Source: Halodesulfurarchaeum sp. (lineage in GTDB: Archaea > Halobacteriota > Halobacteria > Halobacteriales > Halobacteriaceae). From it: a stretch of DNA of 64,000 nt. A program made the translations under genes and the position numbers. Where the stretch lies: positions 1,568,001 to 1,632,000 of the forward strand of contig JAXHNL010000002.1 in NCBI GenBank assembly GCA_034520565.1. The letters run 5' to 3'. The notes beneath the pieces are model-generated. The model saw only the letters and a list, made by a program, of their open reading frames with translations, was not told the DNA's origin and did not search any database. Within the stretch, counting starts at the first letter, position 1, and each line of letters begins with the position of its first letter. Positions 50,756 to 59,024 of the stretch are shown piece after piece.

Positions 50756-51331
50756 TCACAATCGTTCGCCGACTCGAATGGCGATGGGGAGTTCGTTGTC
50801 AATCGGCGGTTTCGCACTCCGTATCGTCTCATCATAGACACAGAGCGGGTGATAGGCCACGTTAAAGTCAACCGAGAGGACAACCGGCTTCGACTGATCG
50901 ACGTTCTCACTATCGGCACTTGTCGAATCCGGCGCAGGAACGTTCAAATAGCGACCGTGTCGCCAGGTAGCTTCGCCGTTCGTTTGGTCGCGGAACGGAA
51001 CCAGGAGGGACTCGACCCCTGGCGCCCGGTACACGGAAAGCACGGTCAATTCGTCTGCAAACTCGACGCCGAGTTGCCCGACTTGTTCGAACGTCATCGG
51101 GGGCCCGCGGGTTGCATCGAGTGAGGCCTCGCGGGGCTCTGCAAAGGCCTCAAACCGGCCTGTAAGCCGATATTCCGCGGATATTGGGAAAAACTCCAGG
51201 CCGTCGAATCGTGCGAAAGCAGTCTTGCTGAGCGGGGTGTCGGTTTCGGAGGTAAACGTTCGTTCCTTTTCTGTCCGATGTGACTGGATCGCCTCGATCC
51301 AGTCGTCCGCGTCCGATTCGTGTCCGTTCAT
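50756..51331 (-). CDS. DUF1684 domain protein
   Basis: FDGLEFFP, PFRDQTNG, GRYL, DFNVAYHP. Confidence 0.8.
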   Translation of the reverse strand: MNGHESDADDWIEAIQSHRTEKERTFTSETDTPLSKTAFARFDGLEFFPISAEYRLTGRFEAFAEPREASLDATRGPPMTFEQVGQLGVEFADELTVLSVYRAPGVESLLVPFRDQTNGEATWRHGRYLNVPAPDSTSADSENVDQSKPVVLSVDFNVAYHPLCVYDETIRSAKPPIDNELPIAIRVGERL

Positions 51332-51441
51332 GACGGTCCTTCGTGAGAGTCCGGGAAACGATTTGGGTTCGAATGGATTCCGGATGGCCTACCCTCGAGA
51401 CTCGGGGGAACGTTGAACCCGATTCCGACCGATTTCGGTCC

Positions 51442-52461
51442 ATGGACCAAATCGACGGCGGGATCGGGGGCGGGCAGGTTCTCCGACTCGCCGTTTCACT
51501 CGCCGCGTTGGGCGGCACCCCGATCACTGTCGAGAACGTTCGGGGAGGACGGGACGACCCGGGGTTGGGAGCCCAACACGTGGCGGCAATCGAGGCGGTC
51601 GCGGCCATCGCTGATGCGGATCTCGAGGGCGTCGAAGTCGGTTCGGAGACGGTTATCTTCGATCCGGGATCCCATATCGGCGGTGAGGCGTCGGTGGACG
51701 TCGGAACGGCCGGCAGCATTTCGTTGGTCTTCGACGCCGTCCTGCCGCTCGTTATGGCAGCCGACGATCCGATCGTATTGTACGCCACGGGTGGAACCGA
51801 CGTCAAATGGGCACCGCCGATCGACTATCTCCGGGAGGTCAAGTTCCCGGTTCTAGAGCAATTCGGACTCGACGCGACGATCGAAGCCGTTTCGCGAGGG
51901 TTTTACCCCCGAGGCGGTGGTTCGGCGACCCTGCGACTCGAACCCGGATCCATCGATCCGATATGGTGTGTCGATCGAGGCGACCTCGAGGCGATTTCGA
52001 TCCGTTCGATTGCGACTGCGGACCTCGCAGAGGCGAATGTCGCTGCCCGCCAAATCGATGGCGTCACCCAAACCCTGGAACCCGACATCACCGTGCCGAT
52101 TATCGAACAGACCGAACTCGTCGACGCGCCTTCGACAGGGACCTCGGTGCTCGTGGTGGCTCGATACGAGCGTTCAATGGCCGGGTTTTCGGCACTCGGC
52201 GAACCCGGGTTGCCAGCCGAGGAAGTAGGGAAAGCGGCCGCCGAGTCGTTTTTCGCGTTCCAGAACGGTGCCGGTGGGATTGATGAACACCTCGCCGACC
52301 AGTTACTCCCGTTTCTCGGCGTGGCCGGTGGCACCATTACGACGCCAAAACTGACGGATCACATCCGTTCGGCTGTCTCACTGCTGTCGGAGTTCGGCGA
52401 CGCAATCGATATCACGGAAGGTTCCCGACCGGTACGAATTGCGTCCGCACAGCAATCCTAG
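51442..52461 (+). CDS. rtcA: RNA 3'-terminal phosphate cyclase
   Basis: GGGQVLR, PGLGAQH, GGTDVKWAPP, RGFYPRGGG, DEHLADQL, TDH. Confidence 0.93.
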   Translation: MDQIDGGIGGGQVLRLAVSLAALGGTPITVENVRGGRDDPGLGAQHVAAIEAVAAIADADLEGVEVGSETVIFDPGSHIGGEASVDVGTAGSISLVFDAVLPLVMAADDPIVLYATGGTDVKWAPPIDYLREVKFPVLEQFGLDATIEAVSRGFYPRGGGSATLRLEPGSIDPIWCVDRGDLEAISIRSIATADLAEANVAARQIDGVTQTLEPDITVPIIEQTELVDAPSTGTSVLVVARYERSMAGFSALGEPGLPAEEVGKAAAESFFAFQNGAGGIDEHLADQLLPFLGVAGGTITTPKLTDHIRSAVSLLSEFGDAIDITEGSRPVRIASAQQS

Positions 52462-52471
52462 CGGTCGAACA

Positions 52472-53372
52472 TCAGCGAGGATCGGCACCTTCCGGCTCGA
52501 CGGTAACGTTCGTCAGGTACGCCAGATCGTCCCGCAACAGTTCGATCTGTAGGGTCGCGTTGTAAATCACTGGCGTCTTTCTCGGATCTTCAGTCTCACC
52601 CGTAATCGGATCCGTCGATTTCTCCTTCGGCTTTATTCACTACCATGCGGAAGGTTCCCGTCGCATTCGTGCCGTTCCCGATCCAGAGATCGTAGGCCCC
52701 GGAAAACCCGTTCTGGAATTGCAGATCTGCCCAGGTCTCGTTTTCGATGGAGCCGTTCGTCGGTTGAATTTCGAGAGACCTTGTCGAGTACGAGCGCGAA
52801 CTCGTCTCGTTATGGGGCGTCTCCAGGAAAACGTCGAAGGTGGTTTCGTCTGATTGGTTCACGGCGAGTTCCCAACTTTCGGACCCGTCTGTGACATTGA
52901 ACACGAAGGTTGCATTCGTGTCGACGGCGGTCACATTCAACGTGCCCGCGCGTGTGTCTGTTATTCCCTCTGCGACCTGCCACGTCGAATTACCCCCGTC
53001 GTTTTCGAAATTCGTTCCATCCGACTGATTGAGGAGTGTTCCGTTGTGCGTTCGCATCAGGGTCACGTTTCGAAGCGTTCCCCGATTCAAGCCGTGGGCC
53101 AATTCGGCGTCGCTATACGTATCGATACGATCCCGATAGGTCGAAACGAGTGTCCCATAGCTCGATTCCTCCGCGTTGGTCTCCCGCAAGATCACGTCAC
53201 CCGTCTCGACGACGGAGTCGTGAAAGTCGACCGCGTCGTGGCCGTCGGTAGTCTCGCGAGTGGCCAGGTTTTCCGTGAAGATCGCGGTGTTGAGAATCAG
53301 TGCCAGTGCGACGAAGACGACTGCCATCGCGAAGGCGGCCACGAGCAACATTTGACCCCGCGATCGTCCCAT
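52472..53372 (-). CDS. Class III signal peptide (pilin-like) protein (apparent frameshift near 52600)
   Basis: MGRSRG/QMLLVAAFAMAVVFVALALILN; many NxT/S sequons; plausible C-terminus IYNATLQIE...NVTVEP* in the next frame. Confidence 0.7.
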
Positions 53373-53449
53373 GGACGCCCTTGATCGTTCGGGACGAAAA
53401 GGCTTCCCCGCCCGGCACTCCTTTGCCACATCCGCGTGTAAACGGCATC

Positions 53450-54361
53450 ATGCACGTCGCGGTCATCGGCGCTGGGGCGATCGGCTCGGCCCTCGCGGCT
53501 CACCTGTCACGGGCCAACCCAGTGACGCTCGTGGGACACGACAATTCGCACCTGCATGCCCTCGAAACCGGACCGCTAACCGTTCGAGAGGTCGATGGCT
53601 CGGTCACGTCGATGCAGGTCGACGTGACGACCGATCATGCCGACGTGGCGGCAGCCGATCTCCTCGTTCTTACCGTGAAGAGTTACGACACGGACGAGGC
53701 CCTTCTCGACGTCGAGCCGTCTCTCGAAAAAACGCCGGTACTGACGCTTCAAAACGGATTGGGCAATATCGAACGCATCCGCGAGTCAGTCGCTCCCGAA
53801 CAGGTGATCGGGGGAACCACCACGCTTGGAGCGTTCGTCCCCGAGCCGGGCACTGTTCGAATCGAAAGTTCCGGCGAAACGGTTATCGGCCGGCCCTGGG
53901 GAGATCGAGACCGTGTTCTAGAGCAAGTGGCAGAAACCTTCCAGTCCGCTGGCCTGCAAACCGAGATCGACGCACGGATCCGACGGCAAATCTGGCAAAA
54001 GGTGCTCGTCAACGTCGGGATCAACCCCGTTACCGCCCTGGGTGGGGTCCAAAACGGCTGCTTGCAATCCGGCCCCGGTCGTTCGCTCCTGGTATCGGCC
54101 ATCGAGGAAGCTCGAAACGTCTCCGAGGCCGAGGGATTCGTGATTGATTCCCCAGTCGAACGGGCGTTAGCGGTGGTCGAAGCGACGGGCGAAAACCGAT
54201 CGTCGATGCTCCGGGACCTCGAATCGAACTCGAAGACGGAGATCGACGCGTTGAACGGCGCAATCGTCGATCGGGCCGTCGAGCACGACATTTTGGTTCC
54301 GGTCAATCGCACCCTCACCGACGCGATCAAACTCCGGAGTGGACGTGGCCAAACGCCGTAA
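53450..54361 (+). CDS. panE: 2-dehydropantoate 2-reductase
   Basis: IGAGAIGS, TVKSYD, LQNGLG, WQKVLVN, SSMLRD, TEIDALNG. Confidence 0.93.
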   Translation: MHVAVIGAGAIGSALAAHLSRANPVTLVGHDNSHLHALETGPLTVREVDGSVTSMQVDVTTDHADVAAADLLVLTVKSYDTDEALLDVEPSLEKTPVLTLQNGLGNIERIRESVAPEQVIGGTTTLGAFVPEPGTVRIESSGETVIGRPWGDRDRVLEQVAETFQSAGLQTEIDARIRRQIWQKVLVNVGINPVTALGGVQNGCLQSGPGRSLLVSAIEEARNVSEAEGFVIDSPVERALAVVEATGENRSSMLRDLESNSKTEIDALNGAIVDRAVEHDILVPVNRTLTDAIKLRSGRGQTP

Positions 54362-54408
54362 CAATCGGGGAGCGAATCCGTCAAATGCGCGGGAACTGTA
54401 CGAGGCCC

Positions 54409-55074
54409 ATGGCCAAACCGATCGCCGTCGACATCGATGGCACCCTCAGTCGTCCGGATCGGTCGATCGACCCCCGGATCATCGACGCCCTCGCCGCCTG
54501 GCCGGGCCCGGTCGCCATCGCGACCGGGAAGGCGCTCCCGTATCCAGTTGCACTCGCCCAGTACGTCGGAATCGACCCCATCGTCGTGGCGGAAAACGGC
54601 GGCGTCGCCGTCGCGAAAGACGCGTTGCAGGTCCACGGAGATCGAACAGCGGCGGACGAAGTCGCCGCCGAATACCAAGCTGCAGGACACGAGCTGGGAT
54701 TCGGTGAACCGGACCTCGCAAATCGGTGGCGGGAGACTGAAGTCGTCATCAGTCGAGAGCAACCGCTTGAACCGCTCGAAGCCATCGCGCGATCTCACGG
54801 CCTGAAGGTCGTCGATTCGGAGTACGCGTACCACGTCAAATCGCCGGACGTGGGCAAGGGACAGGCTTTCGTATCGATCGCAGAGCATCTCGGGTTCGAT
54901 CCGCAAACGGTGGTCGCAATCGGCGATTCACCGAACGACATCTCGCTTTTCGAGGTCGTCGGCACGTCGTTTGCCGTGGCGAACGCCACCGACGATGCCA
55001 AAGCGGCGGCAGATTCGGTTACCAGTGGTGCGTACGCGGACGGCTTTCTCGAGGCCCTGAACGAACTCCTCTGA
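54409..55074 (+). CDS. HAD-IIB phosphoglycolate phosphatase
   Basis: VDIDGTL, ATGK, AENGG, GDSPND. Confidence 0.9.
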   Translation: MAKPIAVDIDGTLSRPDRSIDPRIIDALAAWPGPVAIATGKALPYPVALAQYVGIDPIVVAENGGVAVAKDALQVHGDRTAADEVAAEYQAAGHELGFGEPDLANRWRETEVVISREQPLEPLEAIARSHGLKVVDSEYAYHVKSPDVGKGQAFVSIAEHLGFDPQTVVAIGDSPNDISLFEVVGTSFAVANATDDAKAAADSVTSGAYADGFLEALNELL

Positions 55075-55124
55075 GAGGACGATCGAGACAACACTGTGAC
55101 AGCTCCGGAAAAAACTGGAAGGCC

Positions 55125-55517
55125 TTACTGCTCGCTTTGGGTTGTGGCTTCGTACTGATCGCGGAACTCGGTGATCAGTTGCCCCATTTTCGCGTACCAG
55201 TCGTTGAGCAGGCGTTGCATGTCGTCGGCGATCCGATCGGGATCGGTCGGTCGGTAGACGTGGTAGTACCCACCCTGCTCGTAGTTCACCTGTTCTTTCT
55301 GGATGAAACCGGACTGAAGGAGTCGCTGAACGGACCGATAGGCAGTGGATCGTTCTCGGTCGACCGCGTCGGCGATGTCGTCTACGGTCAGTGGATCCCG
55401 GGTGTCGTTGAGGACCATAAACACCTCTTTATCGAGTTCTTTGAGCCCATGCATGCACTCGAGGAGGCCCTCGCATTGCATGTCCTGAGAGAGATACTCG
55501 CTCATCGATTCTGACAT
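55125..55517 (-). CDS. Single-domain TrmB-like wHTH regulator (paralog of 24944..25354)
   Basis: CEGLLECMHGL, DRERSTAYRSVQRLL, GGYYHVY, NDWYA. Confidence 0.85.
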   Translation of the reverse strand: MSESMSEYLSQDMQCEGLLECMHGLKELDKEVFMVLNDTRDPLTVDDIADAVDRERSTAYRSVQRLLQSGFIQKEQVNYEQGGYYHVYRPTDPDRIADDMQRLLNDWYAKMGQLITEFRDQYEATTQSEQ

Positions 55518-55708
55518 GGATATTGGGAGTTTGGTGCACCTCACTAAAAGGGTTGTGTCGAGGAAGTGGATTATCGGATCGATTTTTCCGCCGGCGACTG
55601 TCGGTATCGGCTTTTTCGGCCAATTTGGCCATCAGCCGGTTTCGAGATGATGTGTGGCCGCCCCAACCGCGCACATTAGACCCGGGATGGGATCTGATGA
55701 CCGATCCG

Positions 55709-56176
55709 TTAGGCCGAATCGGAATCCCAGTCCGGCACCGATTCGAGTCGCGCCCAAATCTCCGGCCCATCGACAGCCGTCCCATCTCGAATCCGGAACA
55801 ACACGGGTCCCTGGACGGCCGCTTCGTCGATATCGCCGACGAGGATCGTCGGAAGCGCTGCTGACTTGAAACCCTCCACGAACGTCCAGTCGACGGTTCG
55901 CGTGGCGAGGTCCTCGAGTGTGTCCTGAATTGTCACGCCGTCGTTTTTGCCTTCCGTCCGAAACTCCGCCGTTTGTGACGGTGTGATGCCGAGGACGACA
56001 TCTGCGCCGGCCGAACGGTGACGATGGGTGTCGGTCCCCGGCGTGTCGAACTCGACTTCGTGATGAATCGATTTGATCGTCGCGACCGCACTCCCCTCGG
56101 GTACGGCCTGGAGCAACGTCTCGATCAACGAGGTCTTCCCAGCGTTGCGATTGCCGGCAACCGAGACGACCTTCAT
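55709..56176 (-). CDS. mobB: Molybdopterin-guanine dinucleotide biosynthesis protein B
   Basis: GNRNAGKTS, KSIHH, DTPGTDTHRHRSAGA, VEGFK. Confidence 0.9.
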   Translation of the reverse strand: MKVVSVAGNRNAGKTSLIETLLQAVPEGSAVATIKSIHHEVEFDTPGTDTHRHRSAGADVVLGITPSQTAEFRTEGKNDGVTIQDTLEDLATRTVDWTFVEGFKSAALPTILVGDIDEAAVQGPVLFRIRDGTAVDGPEIWARLESVPDWDSDSA

Positions 56177-56348
56177 GTCCGTGGTTCAGCATCCGATCTA
56201 CTTACTTGCTCCGAGTCTTTTTCAGTGGATACCGTCAACCGTCGTCCCCTGTATCGAAACCCGGTGGACGAAGTGACGCCGAGAAACCCGTGATCGTTTT
56301 CGGCGTCCGGAGCGGAAACATTTCAACCCTGGGGACCACCGTTTAGGT

Positions 56349-57416
56349 ATGAAACGGGCGATAGGAGTGTTACTTCTCATTGTGACCCTCCTCGTCGGTG
56401 GGGTGGTTTCACCGGCGATTGCAGGCGCGACGTTCGGTTCGGACACCGAACAGGTCGGCGACCTCGAAACCGACCTCGTGATCATCCAGGCGACAGTTTC
56501 GGACGCAGGATCCGCAGACTTCCAGATCCAGTATGCCATCGAACTGGCCGACGAAAACGAGAGCGAGGCCTTCGACGACCTCGCGGCGGACATCGAAGCG
56601 AACGAATCGGCGTATCTGAGTCGGTTTGCGGATCGAATGAACGCGACCGTCGACGCTGCCGAAACGACGACCGGACGGAGTATGACGGTCGGGGATTTCG
56701 CCGTCGCGACGAATCGAACGACTCTCGGGAAAGAGTACGGGCTGGTCACGTATTCGGCCACCTGGACGAACTTCGCGAACGCGTCCGGTGATCAATTGCT
56801 GATCGGGGATGCCCTAGAGGGACTGTTCATCGATCAGGACACGCGCTTTGTCGTCCGGTGGAGCGAGACCTATCGACTCGAGTCAGTGACACCGAGCCCA
56901 ACTGAATCGACTGACGGAGAGATCGTCTGGAAAGGGCCTCGAGAGTTCGACTCCGGGGAGCCGTCGGTGACGCTCGCCCCGACGGTCGAAGAAACCGAGC
57001 CGAGTCCTACGACCCAAGCACCTCCGAATGCTGAGGGTGGGATACCCTGGTCGCTCCTCGGTGTCGGGATCGTGATTGTGTTACTGATCGCCGGGTTCTG
57101 GTACCGGCGGAATGGGGGTTTCCAGGGGGATTCGGCAAGCACGCCGGGTGGCGGAGCTGGAACACAAGGTGAAGCGTCGGGGACGGGCGATAGTGAACCA
57201 CCGGCCGAACTCCTGAGCAACGAGGAGCGAGTCGAACAGTATCTCGAATCGGTCGGTGGACGATCGAAACAACAGGAAATCGTCGAGGCCCTGGACTGGA
57301 CGGAAGCGAAGACGAGCCAAGTGCTCTCAGAGATGAAAGAGGCCGGTACGATTGAGAAATTCCGAATCGGCCGGGAAAACGTGGTGAAACTCGCGGACGC
57401 AGAAGACGACGATTGA
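56349..57416 (+). CDS. Single-pass membrane protein with extracellular domain and C-terminal wHTH
   Basis: Signal peptide, TM (IPWSLLGVGIVIVLLIAGFWYRR), GGRSKQQEIVEALDWTEAKTSQVL...RIGRENVV; the stop codon lies in the IS right end. Confidence 0.8.
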   Translation: MKRAIGVLLLIVTLLVGGVVSPAIAGATFGSDTEQVGDLETDLVIIQATVSDAGSADFQIQYAIELADENESEAFDDLAADIEANESAYLSRFADRMNATVDAAETTTGRSMTVGDFAVATNRTTLGKEYGLVTYSATWTNFANASGDQLLIGDALEGLFIDQDTRFVVRWSETYRLESVTPSPTESTDGEIVWKGPREFDSGEPSVTLAPTVEETEPSPTTQAPPNAEGGIPWSLLGVGIVIVLLIAGFWYRRNGGFQGDSASTPGGGAGTQGEASGTGDSEPPAELLSNEERVEQYLESVGGRSKQQEIVEALDWTEAKTSQVLSEMKEAGTIEKFRIGRENVVKLADAEDDD

Positions 57417-57600
57417 CATCCTCCCCGCCCTGAAGGGCGAGGATTCCCACGGCACCGCGCCGCTGGGTTGGGATATTGTGGTTTACGACGTGACCTGTTC
57501 TTGAGGCGCGAATGCGCCAGTTTCCTTGTCAAACAAGAACGTCGATGGCTGTGCCAACCAGCCGTTACTCCTATCACCGCCATCCGTGGCGGGACTCGGA
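57413..57600 (-). ncRNA. Putative omega/reRNA (sense-overlapping transcript) scaffold; 5' boundary uncertain
   Basis: Inferred from position: tnpB 3' end through the right-end hairpin to TCAA, as in characterised TnpB systems. Confidence 0.55.
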
Positions 57601-58763
57601 GATACTTTCTGTCGAATGTTCTCGGCACCGTTCACATCTGCGTTCGCCACCGTACCGCACTTATCGCACACGTACAACCCGCGTTCGACGCGGTTCGCCT
57701 TCCGCGTGCGACCACAGTACGAACACGATTTCGACGTATCGCGTTCGGACACCCGCTCAACCGTGATGCCTTCCATCTCGGCCTTGTATTCGAGCAAGTC
57801 AGTGAAGCGGTCGAACGCCCACGAGTGCAAGTCGAGGTTGCCGTGCTTACCCCAGTTCTTCGACTCGTCGTTCTCCTCATCCTCACGGATGCCGGAGAGG
57901 TCACCGATCACAATCGTCCCAACGCTCTCCTCAACACACCGCTGAACGATGTGTTTCGAGAGCGTGTGGAAGTAGTGCGTGCGGCGCTCCGATTTCTTCT
58001 GGTTCAACCGCGTGGCTTGCTCGGAGTTCGAGTCGTCACACCGAGCGATCCGCTTGCTGAAGTAGTAGTCGTCCTGCTTCAGACAGTTGAGCGGATACAG
58101 CTCCGCGTGGCCGTCCTCGTAGGCGAGCGCAGCGAAGTTGTTGATTCCGAGATCAACACCGACCGTCTTCTCGCCGGGAGATTCGGCTACCTCAATCTCG
58201 ACGTTACAGACGAAGTGCAACTCCCATTCATCGCCAGTCCAGACGGCCCGCACTTGCTGGACGTTCTCCACGGCAGAGAGGTCAACGTCGGGCCGACGTC
58301 TGGTACTTACAGAGGATGAAGTCCGACCAGTACTCCTTGAGGTTCGACCCTTGGAGAGTCGGACGCGGTTGTACTGGGTGTCGAGTTTGAAGCCAGCGGC
58401 TTTGAACGTCACCGTGCTTCGCGGGTGTTCGTTGCCGTGTTTGCGGTAGCCGGGCGGGTTCGCTCTCGTGTCTCCGTTGCGTCGTTTGCCGTACCAGCCG
58501 TTAAACGCCTCAGCGAGTTCTTGGAGGACTCGCTGACTTGACTGAGAATGCAGGTCATCGTAGCGTTCGTGCGACTTCAGGTAGGCGGTGAGTTCGCTGT
58601 GGTTTGGAATGTGACCGATTTCATCCCAAACCCGACTGCACGTCCACCGTCCGACGTTCCAGAGTTTCGAGGCTGCGAACCCAAGGGCGTCAAGGTCGTC
58701 AGACACCCGTGACTGATTCCGAATGGAAGCAGTATAGGTGCGTGTGACGACCTTTTTCGCCAT
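57483..58763 (-). CDS. tnpB: RNA-guided endonuclease TnpB
   Basis: LWN, PPGYRK, GVDLG (RuvC-I), SERDTSKSCSYCG...CDKCG Zn finger, NADVNGA (RuvC-III). Confidence 0.93.
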   Translation of the reverse strand: MAKKVVTRTYTASIRNQSRVSDDLDALGFAASKLWNVGRWTCSRVWDEIGHIPNHSELTAYLKSHERYDDLHSQSSQRVLQELAEAFNGWYGKRRNGDTRANPPGYRKHGNEHPRSTVTFKAAGFKLDTQYNRVRLSKGRTSRSTGRTSSSVSTRRRPDVDLSAVENVQQVRAVWTGDEWELHFVCNVEIEVAESPGEKTVGVDLGINNFAALAYEDGHAELYPLNCLKQDDYYFSKRIARCDDSNSEQATRLNQKKSERRTHYFHTLSKHIVQRCVEESVGTIVIGDLSGIREDEENDESKNWGKHGNLDLHSWAFDRFTDLLEYKAEMEGITVERVSERDTSKSCSYCGRTRKANRVERGLYVCDKCGTVANADVNGAENIRQKVSPSPATDGGDRSNGWLAQPSTFLFDKETGAFAPQEQVTS

Positions 58764-59024
58764 ACGTAACCTATGTAGATAATCCTACTTAAAGGCGAGC
58801 ATTCGGGTAGCGTGGAATATCCTGCCGTGCCATCGATCGGTGGATCGTGTCAGGAGTTGTCGGATTCATCCCCGCCCTGAAGCGCGGGGCTTTCTCCTTG
58901 ATTCTCCGTAAAAGAGCCGTCCGACGTTCATGATCCCGATAGGTTCTGTACGGTATTATGATTCCGGATCCGAGAACGATTCGGCCGGAGAACGTTTTCA
59001 AACCAACGGGATCCGAGCGGCACC

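Larger units (their letters stand above)
57413..58907 (-). mobile_element. Non-autonomous IS200/IS605-family (IS1341-type) element, tnpB only
   Basis: Minus strand: TTAC | ...AAAG-CCCCGCGCTTCAGGGCGGGG (left end) ... tnpB ... GAAT-CCTCGCCCTTCAGGGCGGGGAGG-ATG-TCAA | (right end). Same guide/cleavage tetranucleotides as IS608; no tnpA. Confidence 0.9.

Noticed and set aside
51442-52461. rtcA as part of an RNA-repair operon
   Set aside because: No rtcB or regulator nearby; stand-alone rtcA is ordinary in archaea.
120-52600. Programmed ribosomal frameshifting in the broken genes
   Set aside because: No consistent slippery heptamers, mixed directions, and unrelated genes; sequencing error is more parsimonious.
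57468-58319. 283-aa plus-strand ORF inside the IS as a possible tnpA
   Set aside because: Antisense to tnpB and lacks HUH/Y1 or serine-recombinase motifs.
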